Part shown: one piece after another, positions 10,636 to 20,141 of the stretch
How the letters are laid out: each line of letters begins with the position of its first letter
Numbering within the stretch: position 1 is the first letter of the stretch
Source of the DNA: Klebsiella phage N1M2
Direction: 5' to 3' (one strand)
Sequence record: MN642089.1
Length of the DNA stretch: 64,000 nucleotides
Program-made: the position numbers and the translations under genes
The notes under the pieces: model-generated
The model's database searches: none
Seen by the model: the letters and a program-made list of their open reading frames with translations, nothing else
What the model was told of the DNA's origin: nothing

Positions 10636-10660
10636 TGATTGTTCTAAAGAGGAATTAATT

Positions 10661-12247
10661 ATGTTTAAAGTAAAGATTCCTTCCTTTGAGACTTACAAGA
10701 TAGCTACAAGACCAGTTGTCTTAACTTCACTCAAACAAGTACTTGAGTATTTCAATATTGATTTAAATCAGAAAATTTATTTCAATGGTGAAGCAGAAGT
10801 TTCTAAACTCTTAGGTGGGGAATATAACGATAAACGTGGTGGGGACTTAAAGACTGATGTAGGGTATGACAACAAGATATTTGTTGAACTAGAAAGAGAG
10901 ATGGGTGATTATAACAATGAACTAGACGGGAACACAACGGATGATACTATCCCACCTGTTTGGTTTGAGCCCATTACCAAATCTAGAATCACACCTAAGT
11001 TCAGTACACGTATCTATCGCGTTACTGTCAATAAGTATATGAAGGATCGTGTTACAGCTGAACGATACCTTGAAGATATCAGAGCTAAAACCTTTGGTGT
11101 TAACTTCAATAGCTTGTTCAGTATGGAAACGCATTACCCAGTTACTTATCCTGTTCTTCAGTGCTTTAAAGAAATCTTCGACAGACTCATTAAAGCCAAA
11201 CAGGTTCCGGAAGACACTAACTTCATTGATTGGATGTTAAAGAACTCTGTCATTCCTTCTGGAATCTTGAGAAACGTCATTGGTAATAACCCAGTATACG
11301 TTTTCAAACAGTGCATTGACAATATCGGAATCAATATGGAAAACCCCAATATGGCCACCGTAACAAGTGGTGCTTATATTGGTAAGTTTGAAGTTAGCTT
11401 CCAATATTGGTTCTATTGGTCAGAACACAAGAACTGGATCTTTGAATACCCACTGCAAGTATATCAACAACCTATGCCGTATGAGTATATGCCAGAAGTA
11501 TTCGAAGAGAATATCCAGAGCAATACCAACAAACAGTTCTTCGAGTCGGCAGCTGCTAGATCTGTTTGGGGTAGTTCAGATATCATGCCTCTATATCACG
11601 TTCTTCCTAATTTTGATAACTGGAGACCTGAACCAACTAAATGGATTTCTCCCCAGTTACAAATTGTGACGAATGTTGAAGATGTACAAGAACAAGTATT
11701 GATCAACATCAAAGATATTCATGGCTTTGATTGGGATCCTACTTTTATTCATTACATCATGAAGTACCGTGATAAAGTGACTAACCGTCATAATAACCCG
11801 ATGCAGTTCAAAGTTTATTCTGATGAAACAGAAGTTTTAAATAGTCAGATACAGCTGAGAGAGAACGGCGATCTAGTTATTATACGTCCACCGAGAATGT
11901 CCAGTATTTACCGTGTTACATTTAACTTAGATTATGCTTTACGTTTATACAGTGAAATCTGCATAAAGGATTTCCTGGATGATCCTGAGTATACTAAATG
12001 GATTATTGGGATTCTCTACCCGCATTGGCACTTACGTGATGATTGGGGTAACGGTGGGATAGATGATTGGTGGGAGATTCATAACGGGATTGATGTCGGT
12101 GATGGGGATGAGATTGATTTCTATCTTCCATATGGCATGATGGGCTTGACTATTATCGCCCATAATTCAGAAACCTACCAGAAGTACATAACACTTAAAG
12201 AAAGAGGCATTATTAATGGCGCAGACTATTATTGGCCGCGAACCTGA
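10661..12247 (+). CDS. hypothetical protein, 528 aa (Trp/Tyr-rich)
   Basis: RBS AGAGGA upstream. Long clean ORF. Confidence 0.7.
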   Translation: MFKVKIPSFETYKIATRPVVLTSLKQVLEYFNIDLNQKIYFNGEAEVSKLLGGEYNDKRGGDLKTDVGYDNKIFVELEREMGDYNNELDGNTTDDTIPPVWFEPITKSRITPKFSTRIYRVTVNKYMKDRVTAERYLEDIRAKTFGVNFNSLFSMETHYPVTYPVLQCFKEIFDRLIKAKQVPEDTNFIDWMLKNSVIPSGILRNVIGNNPVYVFKQCIDNIGINMENPNMATVTSGAYIGKFEVSFQYWFYWSEHKNWIFEYPLQVYQQPMPYEYMPEVFEENIQSNTNKQFFESAAARSVWGSSDIMPLYHVLPNFDNWRPEPTKWISPQLQIVTNVEDVQEQVLINIKDIHGFDWDPTFIHYIMKYRDKVTNRHNNPMQFKVYSDETEVLNSQIQLRENGDLVIIRPPRMSSIYRVTFNLDYALRLYSEICIKDFLDDPEYTKWIIGILYPHWHLRDDWGNGGIDDWWEIHNGIDVGDGDEIDFYLPYGMMGLTIIAHNSETYQKYITLKERGIINGADYYWPRT

Positions 12248-13517
12248 ACCACAAAAGCCAGAGACAGCGTTGCCTGAGTCATATCAGAACACGATCATAG
12301 AGTCTCGTTATATTCCTCATACCAGTCTACTTTCTTTTGTACCTGGTATGCCAACGAGAACTATCTACTACCGTGGTTCTTATGGACGTGATGAAGAACA
12401 GCAGGGATTTGAACCAGAGTCTATTCAAACCTATGCTTCCTATAAACGGGTTCATAACCTAATCATCAAAATCGATAACGGTAATGGTAACTATAACTTT
12501 GATGCGATGAACGGTCAAGGCAGTAACCAACTTACTGGTTATGTTCTTTTCGACCTGACTCCTAACAAAGGTGACTTGTTCGTTAAAGATATTGGCGATG
12601 GTCGTGCTGGACTTTACGTTCTGACACAACAGCCTGAATTGAGAACCATCCATGCTGACAAATGTTATTATATTGAAGCCGAACTAACGGCGATAATGAC
12701 AAATGAAATACAGCTTAATCTGGACCAGAAAGTTATAGAAGAACTTTACTATTCCAAAGATTCTGCTGTAGATGGTGGTAATGCGGTTCTCACTAAAGAC
12801 GATTACAGTCTTAATAAGAAACTGTATGATTTGCAGTTTGCCATTGTGGACGATATTCTCGCTAACCACTATTTCATGGACGAAGATACAATCATTATCC
12901 CTAATGATGATGACGATCGTCTGTACGATCCATATTTAGCTAAATTCTTGAGTTACGTATTCCCACAGAAAGTTATCGGGGCACGTAGAAAGATCAAGCT
13001 ACTGGATCCAAACTACTATGTCGATAACCGTAGAGCTAACCAACCATTAACTGTTTGGGATATGTTCTACCGCAACGACTTCAGTATGCCTAAACGATAT
13101 CAACAAAAGTATTGGGTTCATAATCGTCGTGATATGTTGAACACCCGTATGTATGGTAACATCTTCTTCTCCAAAATGGATAGAATGATAAACGTGTATG
13201 AAGAGTCTGCTAAACGTGGTCCCTATTCATTCACTGGTGCATTGTTACCTAACTTAGTACCTCCAGGTTATGACGGTCCTCGTGAACCTGGTCAACCATG
13301 GGAATACTTCTTCTCTGAAGAATTCTACTCTGGTGGTGGGACTGAGACAGAGCAGTTCGTTTGGAAAATGTTTAAAGATAAAACAATCGATAAACGTGGA
13401 CTAGTGAATGTGCTTGAGAAATACTGGGATCTGGACGATAAGGCCAAACTTTATATGTCGGGCATATATGTCGGTGCAATCAAACAAGCTTTGATCACCA
13501 ATAGCAGCTACACATAA
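12216..13517 (+). CDS. hypothetical protein, 433 aa
   Basis: Strong RBS AAAGAAAGAGG 9 nt before the ATG. 32-nt overlap with the upstream gene. Confidence 0.7.
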   Translation: MAQTIIGREPEPQKPETALPESYQNTIIESRYIPHTSLLSFVPGMPTRTIYYRGSYGRDEEQQGFEPESIQTYASYKRVHNLIIKIDNGNGNYNFDAMNGQGSNQLTGYVLFDLTPNKGDLFVKDIGDGRAGLYVLTQQPELRTIHADKCYYIEAELTAIMTNEIQLNLDQKVIEELYYSKDSAVDGGNAVLTKDDYSLNKKLYDLQFAIVDDILANHYFMDEDTIIIPNDDDDRLYDPYLAKFLSYVFPQKVIGARRKIKLLDPNYYVDNRRANQPLTVWDMFYRNDFSMPKRYQQKYWVHNRRDMLNTRMYGNIFFSKMDRMINVYEESAKRGPYSFTGALLPNLVPPGYDGPREPGQPWEYFFSEEFYSGGGTETEQFVWKMFKDKTIDKRGLVNVLEKYWDLDDKAKLYMSGIYVGAIKQALITNSSYT

Positions 13518-13527
13518 AGGTAAAGTT

Positions 13528-14166
13528 ATGGAACTAGAACGTTACACTTTTCTTCGCAATGAACTCCGTAAAATGTACACCATTCTTACTGAGCAAACTT
13601 TTATTGTTTCAATTCCACTAAGTTCATTTATGACACTTAAGCAATTGGACAGAGCGAAGAACAATCCGCCGTTGACGGGATTTGAAACGTATGAGACTGC
13701 AGTGGAACGTCCTTTCACCGTCCAGCGTATTTTGCAAGCAGTAGAGATCATGGGGGATGACCTTCAAATTGGTTTCCGCAATGCCCGTCAGGATATCCCC
13801 TTCCTCTACAACACCATCCAAACATGGATTCAGTATTGGATTGAAATTAAAAGAGATATTGGTTACTTAAGAACACCAGACTTAAGTGAGCTAGAACTCA
13901 TTGAGAGACTCGCTAAGCACTTGTTTAGTGCGTATGCTCACTACCACTATGAGAAGATCAATAAAACGCTTGGTGTTGGTCATAGCGGCGAAATGACACT
14001 TCTTGATGCACTTCGTGGTAGAATGATGTTTGGTACTGATATGGATGAAGGACTATCATTCATTTCCCATGTTGACGAATACCGTTCATTGACAGGTCAA
14101 ACTGGTGGTGCTGGAATGTCCTTCGGTAGTGCAAGTGGATTGCTTCAAGGACTTGGAGGTCTTTAA
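13528..14166 (+). CDS. hypothetical protein, 212 aa (Gly-rich C-terminus)
   Basis: RBS AAGG upstream. Clean ORF. Confidence 0.65.
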   Translation: MELERYTFLRNELRKMYTILTEQTFIVSIPLSSFMTLKQLDRAKNNPPLTGFETYETAVERPFTVQRILQAVEIMGDDLQIGFRNARQDIPFLYNTIQTWIQYWIEIKRDIGYLRTPDLSELELIERLAKHLFSAYAHYHYEKINKTLGVGHSGEMTLLDALRGRMMFGTDMDEGLSFISHVDEYRSLTGQTGGAGMSFGSASGLLQGLGGL

Positions 14167-15509
14167 TGTTAGCTACACAGATTCAAGCTTTCTTAAAGCA
14201 AGCTAAATCCACAGCTGACTATGCCAACAACGCAGCTAGTACAGTTACCATGACTGCTGTGTTTATAACTCCTGAGGGCCAATATACGGCCCTAGGTGTT
14301 GAAAGGTTTATGGAGTATGGGGATTTCGTAAATAACCGCTCAGATGTTATTCAGATTCGCGTAAGGTTGCAACCAGGAATCTACTTTAACAAGATCGTCC
14401 CTTTCCGTGATGATTTAACTGTTCAGGTATTTGTGGATTCAGAAAGTGATCGTGTTTTGCGTGAGTTTGTTGGGGTCCCTCTTGTTTCCACTGACGTAAG
14501 AGCTGAGGGGAACAACACAGCTGCTGTTAATATAGATGGACTCAATGATACCAACCTGGTTCCCTATGAGTTCCAGTTGATGTCCCGCGGCTTTGCTAAA
14601 TTGAAAACGATACCTGTTTCCAATATTTATCAAATGGGAACTATTGGGGATGTTATCGCTACTGCCATGGAAACTTATTCTGCACAAGCAGGGTTAACCG
14701 GGTGGGATGCTTACAAAGGTATGCAATTCCATCAACCTATCGATAACACTAACCGTTATGACTCTATAGAGATTCCCAATGGAACGAAACTCATTAACGT
14801 TCCTGTCATACTTCAGAATGATAACGATTATGGTGTTTATACCAAAGGTCTTTGTTGTTACTATAAACAAAACTATTGGTGGGTTGTTCCCTTGTATAAC
14901 ACTGAGCTTGTGGAAACACATCCAAGACCGTTAGATATTATCAGAGTACCTGAAAATAAAATACCTGATCTGGATGCTACATTCTATCGATCCAATGTCG
15001 CTATGACAATCATTGCTTGTGGTAAAGCTACGCACACTGATAATGCGGATATCGATAAACAGAACGAAGGTGTTGGTCAAAGATTAGTTATGGGTGACGC
15101 TATTGCCGGTGATACAGGTTATCACTATAACAATGGTCGTGCCATTACAACTCGTGCAGATACTGTTCAGGAATATAAATTAAGTAACCGTAGAGATGGT
15201 GATCAGTGGATACCACTAAACCAAGCACCAACTGGAAACCTTTGTGTACCTCTAACACAGAACGCCATAAACGAAGGTGAGATCATCGAAGTGGAGTGGC
15301 GCAATGGAGATGTGGGTTATTTAGAGCCAGGGCACCCTGTACGTTATCAATACATGTACAGTGATAGTGAGATGATGGTCAGACGTGGAGTCCTATTAGG
15401 ATACCGTACAGACTACATACCAATCACTAGCTATGCAAAACCAATGCTTAAAAGAACTACTATTTTAAAACTGTTTGTTAAACGTCGTTCTGAATTTAAA
15501 GTTGATTAA
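14166..15509 (+). CDS. hypothetical protein, 447 aa
   Basis: TAATG stop/start overlap with the upstream gene. Confidence 0.7.
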   Translation: MLATQIQAFLKQAKSTADYANNAASTVTMTAVFITPEGQYTALGVERFMEYGDFVNNRSDVIQIRVRLQPGIYFNKIVPFRDDLTVQVFVDSESDRVLREFVGVPLVSTDVRAEGNNTAAVNIDGLNDTNLVPYEFQLMSRGFAKLKTIPVSNIYQMGTIGDVIATAMETYSAQAGLTGWDAYKGMQFHQPIDNTNRYDSIEIPNGTKLINVPVILQNDNDYGVYTKGLCCYYKQNYWWVVPLYNTELVETHPRPLDIIRVPENKIPDLDATFYRSNVAMTIIACGKATHTDNADIDKQNEGVGQRLVMGDAIAGDTGYHYNNGRAITTRADTVQEYKLSNRRDGDQWIPLNQAPTGNLCVPLTQNAINEGEIIEVEWRNGDVGYLEPGHPVRYQYMYSDSEMMVRRGVLLGYRTDYIPITSYAKPMLKRTTILKLFVKRRSEFKVD

Positions 15510-15515
15510 CAACTA

Positions 15516-15547
15516 CTAGAACTAGGGGCACCAGCCCCTAGTTCTAG
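15516..15547. terminator. bidirectional hairpin terminator between convergent genes
   Basis: ctagaactaggggc-acca-gcccctagttctag, a perfect 14-bp stem, lies between + gene end 15509 and - gene end 15558. Confidence 0.7.
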
Positions 15548-15557
15548 ATTATCTTAT

Positions 15558-17096
15558 TTAGATGTCGTCAAAGTCTGAGCCACCGCCCATTGCTTCACTT
15601 CTGTGTGCTAATGATTTACGATAAATCTTTTTATCAAAGTTAATATCATGAACAAGACCATTAACAGGGTCTAATGGATAGATACCGAAACGACTACTTT
15701 CTTGAGCACCTTCACCACGCATCTTACCAACGTAATAAGTAAACCAACATTCGTTGTTTTGAAGTTTAGCTACATGCAGACCGATTACACAGTCGACTTC
15801 GTTAGTAAGTTTAGTACAACCTTCAGTCATTGACTTACCGCCAACATCACGGATGAAGTAAATCTCTGAATCATCATCTTGTTCACGGATGAATTTCTTA
15901 GCATCCGGGTTAAGCTGGTGAGGAGTAAGGAAAGCTGCACCACGAGAGGTAAAGAAGTTACGAGCACGGTTATACAGGTTCTGTAGTTTATCAGAACGTG
16001 ATTCACCTTGACAGCCAGTTAAGTCTGCCATTGCCAGATAGTCATATGCACCAACAATGATTTCATGACCTTTCAGTTCTAATGTGCGAACACGTTGCAT
16101 GATCTCATGGATATTATCGTGAGATGGGTTAACGCGATAGAATTTGAAAGACCAACCATTCTCATCAAAGGTATCGATAATTGTAGATACAACTTCATCT
16201 GTAGTTGCTTCGAAGAAGTTAGGCTTAGTACCAGTCTTAGCAGTAACGAACAATTCGTACATACGTTTAAAGATCAGACCTAAGCTATCCTCAGCAGACA
16301 TTAATACAACAGTTGGAATCTTGGACTTATTACGAAGAACCGGTTTGTTGTATAACGGAACAGATGCGATGAGGTGTGCAAGACCAAATGACTTACCGCG
16401 GTTAGTCAGTGCTTCGATCATGTACATCAAGCCACGACGTAGACCGCAGTCAGGATATAAAGCTTCGTTAAGACCAGCTAAGCCAGTTTTGATAATACCT
16501 TCTGGAGAAGTCTCAACTTTAAGTTGATCAATAACTGTCTTGATGCCATCAGGGTTATCAGAACCAGTAGCTTCAACAACAGCCTTATCGAATGTATTAT
16601 CATTCAGGTCAGCAATCTTTTCATTAATCAGTTCGTTGATCTTCATCCAATCATCTTTGGAGAGATCATCTTCACCTTCAAACAAGAATGGACGAACCAT
16701 ACTTTTGAATTGGAACGCGAACTTGTTACTTGTTGCTACATCACGCAGCTCTTTAATAATTTGGAAGATTAGCTGTCGCGAGTCTTCATTACCCAAATCT
16801 GATTTAAAAGCGTCTGTGAGTAGTTTCTCAAGTTCAGGAGAAAGGAGAATAATCTCAGTTAACTTAGGGGTCAACAGTGATGTTATGATATTAGAGTCAT
16901 TCGGTTGCTCTCTAAACCACCCCAGTAATTTGCGGAGCAGAGCTTCTGTTTTCTTGTCTTGTTGAACTAGACTTTCTTTACTCTTAGGAACGTCCTCAGA
17001 TAACAAAAGGATTTCATCCATTAAATCTTTGTCATCTAAACGCCAAGCTTGGAACATTGCTTGTGCAAGTTTGACGAGACGAATCAGGTTGTTCAT
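15558..17096 (-). CDS. DnaB-family replicative DNA helicase, 512 aa
   Basis: Walker A EALTNRGKS at aa 228-236 (DNA 16390-16415), i.e. central as in DnaB. H2-like IIVGAYDYLAMAD and H3-like LTPHQLNPDAKK (compare DnaB SQLNR) are present. Acidic C-terminal tail. Confidence 0.6.
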   Translation of the reverse strand: MNNLIRLVKLAQAMFQAWRLDDKDLMDEILLLSEDVPKSKESLVQQDKKTEALLRKLLGWFREQPNDSNIITSLLTPKLTEIILLSPELEKLLTDAFKSDLGNEDSRQLIFQIIKELRDVATSNKFAFQFKSMVRPFLFEGEDDLSKDDWMKINELINEKIADLNDNTFDKAVVEATGSDNPDGIKTVIDQLKVETSPEGIIKTGLAGLNEALYPDCGLRRGLMYMIEALTNRGKSFGLAHLIASVPLYNKPVLRNKSKIPTVVLMSAEDSLGLIFKRMYELFVTAKTGTKPNFFEATTDEVVSTIIDTFDENGWSFKFYRVNPSHDNIHEIMQRVRTLELKGHEIIVGAYDYLAMADLTGCQGESRSDKLQNLYNRARNFFTSRGAAFLTPHQLNPDAKKFIREQDDDSEIYFIRDVGGKSMTEGCTKLTNEVDCVIGLHVAKLQNNECWFTYYVGKMRGEGAQESSRFGIYPLDPVNGLVHDINFDKKIYRKSLAHRSEAMGGGSDFDDI

Positions 17097-17133
17097 TTAT
17101 TGCTCCTAGGTATAAAACTTTAAAGGTAAGGTT

Positions 17134-17685
17134 ATGATCTTTAAATCCGGTCAAAGTGACATCGAGGTGTACTTCCTACAAGAACATCACCTTGAACTGT
17201 TGAATTCTTTAGGTCTTGAATTATCACAGTTGCCACTACTTCCTAAGTTCCCAGAGGTCTCAGATGAAGACTGCCTGGAATGGCTTAAGTTCCAACGTGG
17301 TGTAGAAAAACAATTATGTGGTTTCAAGAGTACAACTTATGATTATGCCAGTGATATTACAATCGGTGACATTAATCGTAAAGGCGTGGTATATAAAACA
17401 AAATATGATGAAGTAATTAATTCAGACTCTCGTATTAATTTAGGTCATCAGTTCTATTACCATATCTTTAACGGGAAGTTGTTTATTCTAAACAGTAATA
17501 ATACTGTGAATAGCAACTGGTTTACGAATGTGCAGGGGAACCTGGCCAGTTCTCTTTATCAGGCACTGCTGTCTTCCTTTAGTATCTTTGAATTGTACTT
17601 CCGTCCAACCAAAGATTTAAAAGAAACAGTAAGCCAAAGAAATTACATTGACTTAGGTTATTTGATTTCTAAAGTAATCAGCTAA
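17134..17685 (+). CDS. hypothetical protein, 183 aa
   Basis: Divergent from the helicase gene with a 37-nt spacer. RBS AAGGTAAGG upstream. Confidence 0.6.
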   Translation: MIFKSGQSDIEVYFLQEHHLELLNSLGLELSQLPLLPKFPEVSDEDCLEWLKFQRGVEKQLCGFKSTTYDYASDITIGDINRKGVVYKTKYDEVINSDSRINLGHQFYYHIFNGKLFILNSNNTVNSNWFTNVQGNLASSLYQALLSSFSIFELYFRPTKDLKETVSQRNYIDLGYLISKVIS

Positions 17686-17751
17686 TACTTTGTGGAACAG
17701 TTGATATCAAGCGCTTATCTATCTTATGCGTAAAAATATTAACTACCGCGA

Positions 17752-17765
17752 ACAAATATATTTGT
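17752..17765. promoter_or_regulatory. perfect 14-bp palindrome ACAAATATATTTGT upstream of the major virion gene
   Basis: Read directly. Centre lies about 43 nt upstream of the ATG at 17802. Could be an operator or AT-rich late-promoter element. Confidence 0.35.
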
Positions 17766-17801
17766 TTTCAAAAAGACTTTTTGTAAAAAGGTATTTTAAC
17801 T

Positions 17802-19979
17802 ATGTCTCAAGAACAATCCAAGAACTTCCATTTCATCACCTCTAAATCTGGTGCTGATCTTAAAGCGATGATCAACGGTTTTGCAACCAACCCATCTGTA
17901 CACACTGGTAAAGATCTGGGCCTGGAAAGCATCGTTGGTAAAGAGTCCATGTCTCCGACTCTGCGTAACTTTGAAAAAGGTATGGGCTTCAACCAGCGTA
18001 ATGCTGTTAGCTCTGCTATCAGCGGTATTGCTAACTTCAACCAGCGCGCTCAACAGCTGCAGGACATGATCAAACACGGTGGTATGGAATCTTTCTCCAT
18101 GCAGCTGGATCAAGGTGCTGTTGCTCGTCAGAAAGCTGCTACCATCGACCTGAACGCCCGTTCTAACCGTCAGTGGGCTGCTGCTGAAGCTCTGTTCCCG
18201 ACCCTGGTTGTTCCTTACGATCAAGAAGCTCTGGTTCTGCCAATCGACATCGCTGGTGTTGGTGCATATAACAGCTCCGGTAACGCTAACGAAGCTTGGG
18301 AAGATCTACGTCCGATCGCTTCCGTTCTGGCTGACTCCACCTTCAACGCTGGTGACGACCTGAAACTGGTTCCGGTTCTGCCTGCTAACCCTGCTGATGC
18401 AAACACCGCTATGTTTGTTCCTTCAGCTGATTGGGCTCCGTGGGATGCTACTTATGACACTAACGACCTGCTGGGCCGTGAAACTCATAAAACCAACTAC
18501 CTGGCTATTCGCAAAATCAACAACCTGCTGAGCCTGTGCCGTGCTCCTGGTGCTGCTCCGTTCGAGCAGAACGATGAAATCGAAGCTTCTTCGATCCGTC
18601 TGCAGTCCCTGCTGTTCAAAGTTAAAACCAAAGATGGTGAAGGCTTTGTAACTCTGGACACCGAAAACATGGCTGGTGTTGCAGCTCGTCCTTCTACCGG
18701 TGTTACTTCCGATGAAAAACGTCAGATCAACTTCGTTCTGAACGGCATCAACGTAACCAACCTGAAAGACAAAGATGGTAAAGCTACCGAACTGTTCAAG
18801 TCTCTGACCGACGCTGGTCTGAAAGTATTCCTGAGCTTCGAACTGAGCGCTACCTATAGCCGTTCTACCCGTAGCTGGTCTCCGACTGTTTCTCCTGTTG
18901 CTATCGCTTACGTGATCAACAAAGACGGCGACAAACTGGTCCCAGGTACTCCAGGTATGCCAGAAGACATCACCAACCTGATCACTGCTCAGGCACTGGA
19001 AGCTTCTATCCACGGTATCCTGCTGAAACTGAACCATGCTAACACCAACCGTAGCCGTTACGGTACTACTGTTGTTTACGCTAACACCGTTAAGTCTTAC
19101 AACATCAACCGTCGCCAGCCGATCTCCGTTAAGTATCCGATGCTGAACGAAGATAACAACGCTGACGTTCTGGCAATGCTGGTTCAGCAGATGGACGTAA
19201 TGGTTACCCGTAACATGTCTCACGATGCATTTAAAGCGGCTAACATCCACTTTAACTACGTCTACGACAACAACGGTATGAAGATCGTTAACATCAACGA
19301 CGATTCCTCTTCTGTCCTGCCTGGTCAGCACTTCCTGGGTACCACTGGTATCGAAGCGAAACTGAACCTGGTTAAAGAAGTATCTACTCTGGATAGCAAA
19401 GATACTCGTGATAACATCGAAGCAACTCTGGTCAACAAGATCTATGACGTGATCACTGCGCTGCGTGTTAACTCTAACATCTCTGCTCTGAAAGAACTGG
19501 ATAACCGTCCTGAGTCTTACACCATCGTAGCTCACGCTGCTCTGGCTCCGTTCCTGATGACCACCGGTGACTACCGTACCTTCGGTGAAAATGTTAAGTT
19601 CAACATCGTTGAAACTAACATCAGCTCTGAAGTAGGTCGTATGTGGATCGTTCCGACTTCCATGACCAAAGAAGGTTCTGTTGATATCTTCGGTGGTATG
19701 GGCGTCTGTGTAGCTAAAGAACTGCTGGTAATCGAAGGTTCTGTAAACCAGGCCGATCGTCAATACCGCATGATCATCACTCAGCCTGCATACCAGCACC
19801 ACCCGCTGTGCCCAGTTGTTGGCCGTGTGACCATCGAAGACATCCAGGATCTGCTGGGTGACGAAGGTCTGATCACCAAGGTGAACAAACACCTGGCTGA
19901 AATCAGCGGCAAGATTGCTGTTGACAACGGTACTACTGGTACTGGTAAAGAAGTTGCTATCGAAATCCCTAAAGGTTAA
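17802..19979 (+). CDS. major virion protein, 725 aa; most likely major capsid protein of jumbo-phage type (tail sheath not excluded)
   Basis: Extreme optimal-codon bias over 2.2 kb. 116-bp AT-rich leader. RBS and ATGTCTC start context shared with the gene at 5374. Strong terminator follows. The size fits the 700-750-aa major capsid proteins of jumbo myoviruses. No motif-level proof. Confidence 0.85.
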   Translation: MSQEQSKNFHFITSKSGADLKAMINGFATNPSVHTGKDLGLESIVGKESMSPTLRNFEKGMGFNQRNAVSSAISGIANFNQRAQQLQDMIKHGGMESFSMQLDQGAVARQKAATIDLNARSNRQWAAAEALFPTLVVPYDQEALVLPIDIAGVGAYNSSGNANEAWEDLRPIASVLADSTFNAGDDLKLVPVLPANPADANTAMFVPSADWAPWDATYDTNDLLGRETHKTNYLAIRKINNLLSLCRAPGAAPFEQNDEIEASSIRLQSLLFKVKTKDGEGFVTLDTENMAGVAARPSTGVTSDEKRQINFVLNGINVTNLKDKDGKATELFKSLTDAGLKVFLSFELSATYSRSTRSWSPTVSPVAIAYVINKDGDKLVPGTPGMPEDITNLITAQALEASIHGILLKLNHANTNRSRYGTTVVYANTVKSYNINRRQPISVKYPMLNEDNNADVLAMLVQQMDVMVTRNMSHDAFKAANIHFNYVYDNNGMKIVNINDDSSSVLPGQHFLGTTGIEAKLNLVKEVSTLDSKDTRDNIEATLVNKIYDVITALRVNSNISALKELDNRPESYTIVAHAALAPFLMTTGDYRTFGENVKFNIVETNISSEVGRMWIVPTSMTKEGSVDIFGGMGVCVAKELLVIEGSVNQADRQYRMIITQPAYQHHPLCPVVGRVTIEDIQDLLGDEGLITKVNKHLAEISGKIAVDNGTTGTGKEVAIEIPKG

Positions 19980-20014
19980 TATAGCGACCGAACAAAAATA
20001 AGTGATTACGCTTT

Positions 20015-20054
20015 CCTCCTACCTCACCTTCGGGTGGGGTAGGGGGTTTTTGTT
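20015..20054 (+). terminator. rho-independent terminator
   Basis: cctcctacctcacc-ttcg-ggtggggtagggg (about 14-bp stem) followed by gttttt. Confidence 0.8.
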
Positions 20055-20083
20055 GTCTATTGAAAATAACTTCTAAAAATGTT

Positions 20084-20113
20084 TAGGCAGATATTATCTA
20101 CTTGTAAACGTAT
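20084..20113 (+). promoter_or_regulatory. candidate phage promoter motif AGGCAGATATTATC-N3-TGTAAA
   Basis: TAGGCAGATATTATCTACTTGTAAACGTAT lies 29 nt upstream of the GTG start at 20142. The same 14-mer and spaced TGTAAA recur at 56158-56190. Confidence 0.45.
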
Positions 20114-20141
20114 GATCGTTTATAAACAAGAGGATATATAA

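Noticed and set aside
10399-10660. tRNA or small protein gene in the 262-bp spacer
   Set aside because: No T-loop (GTTCGA) or cloverleaf. No ORF over 20 aa with an RBS.
18423-19892. 489-aa ORF on the - strand
   Set aside because: Antisense shadow of the highly expressed 725-aa gene. No RBS. Biased composition comes from the sense-strand codon usage.
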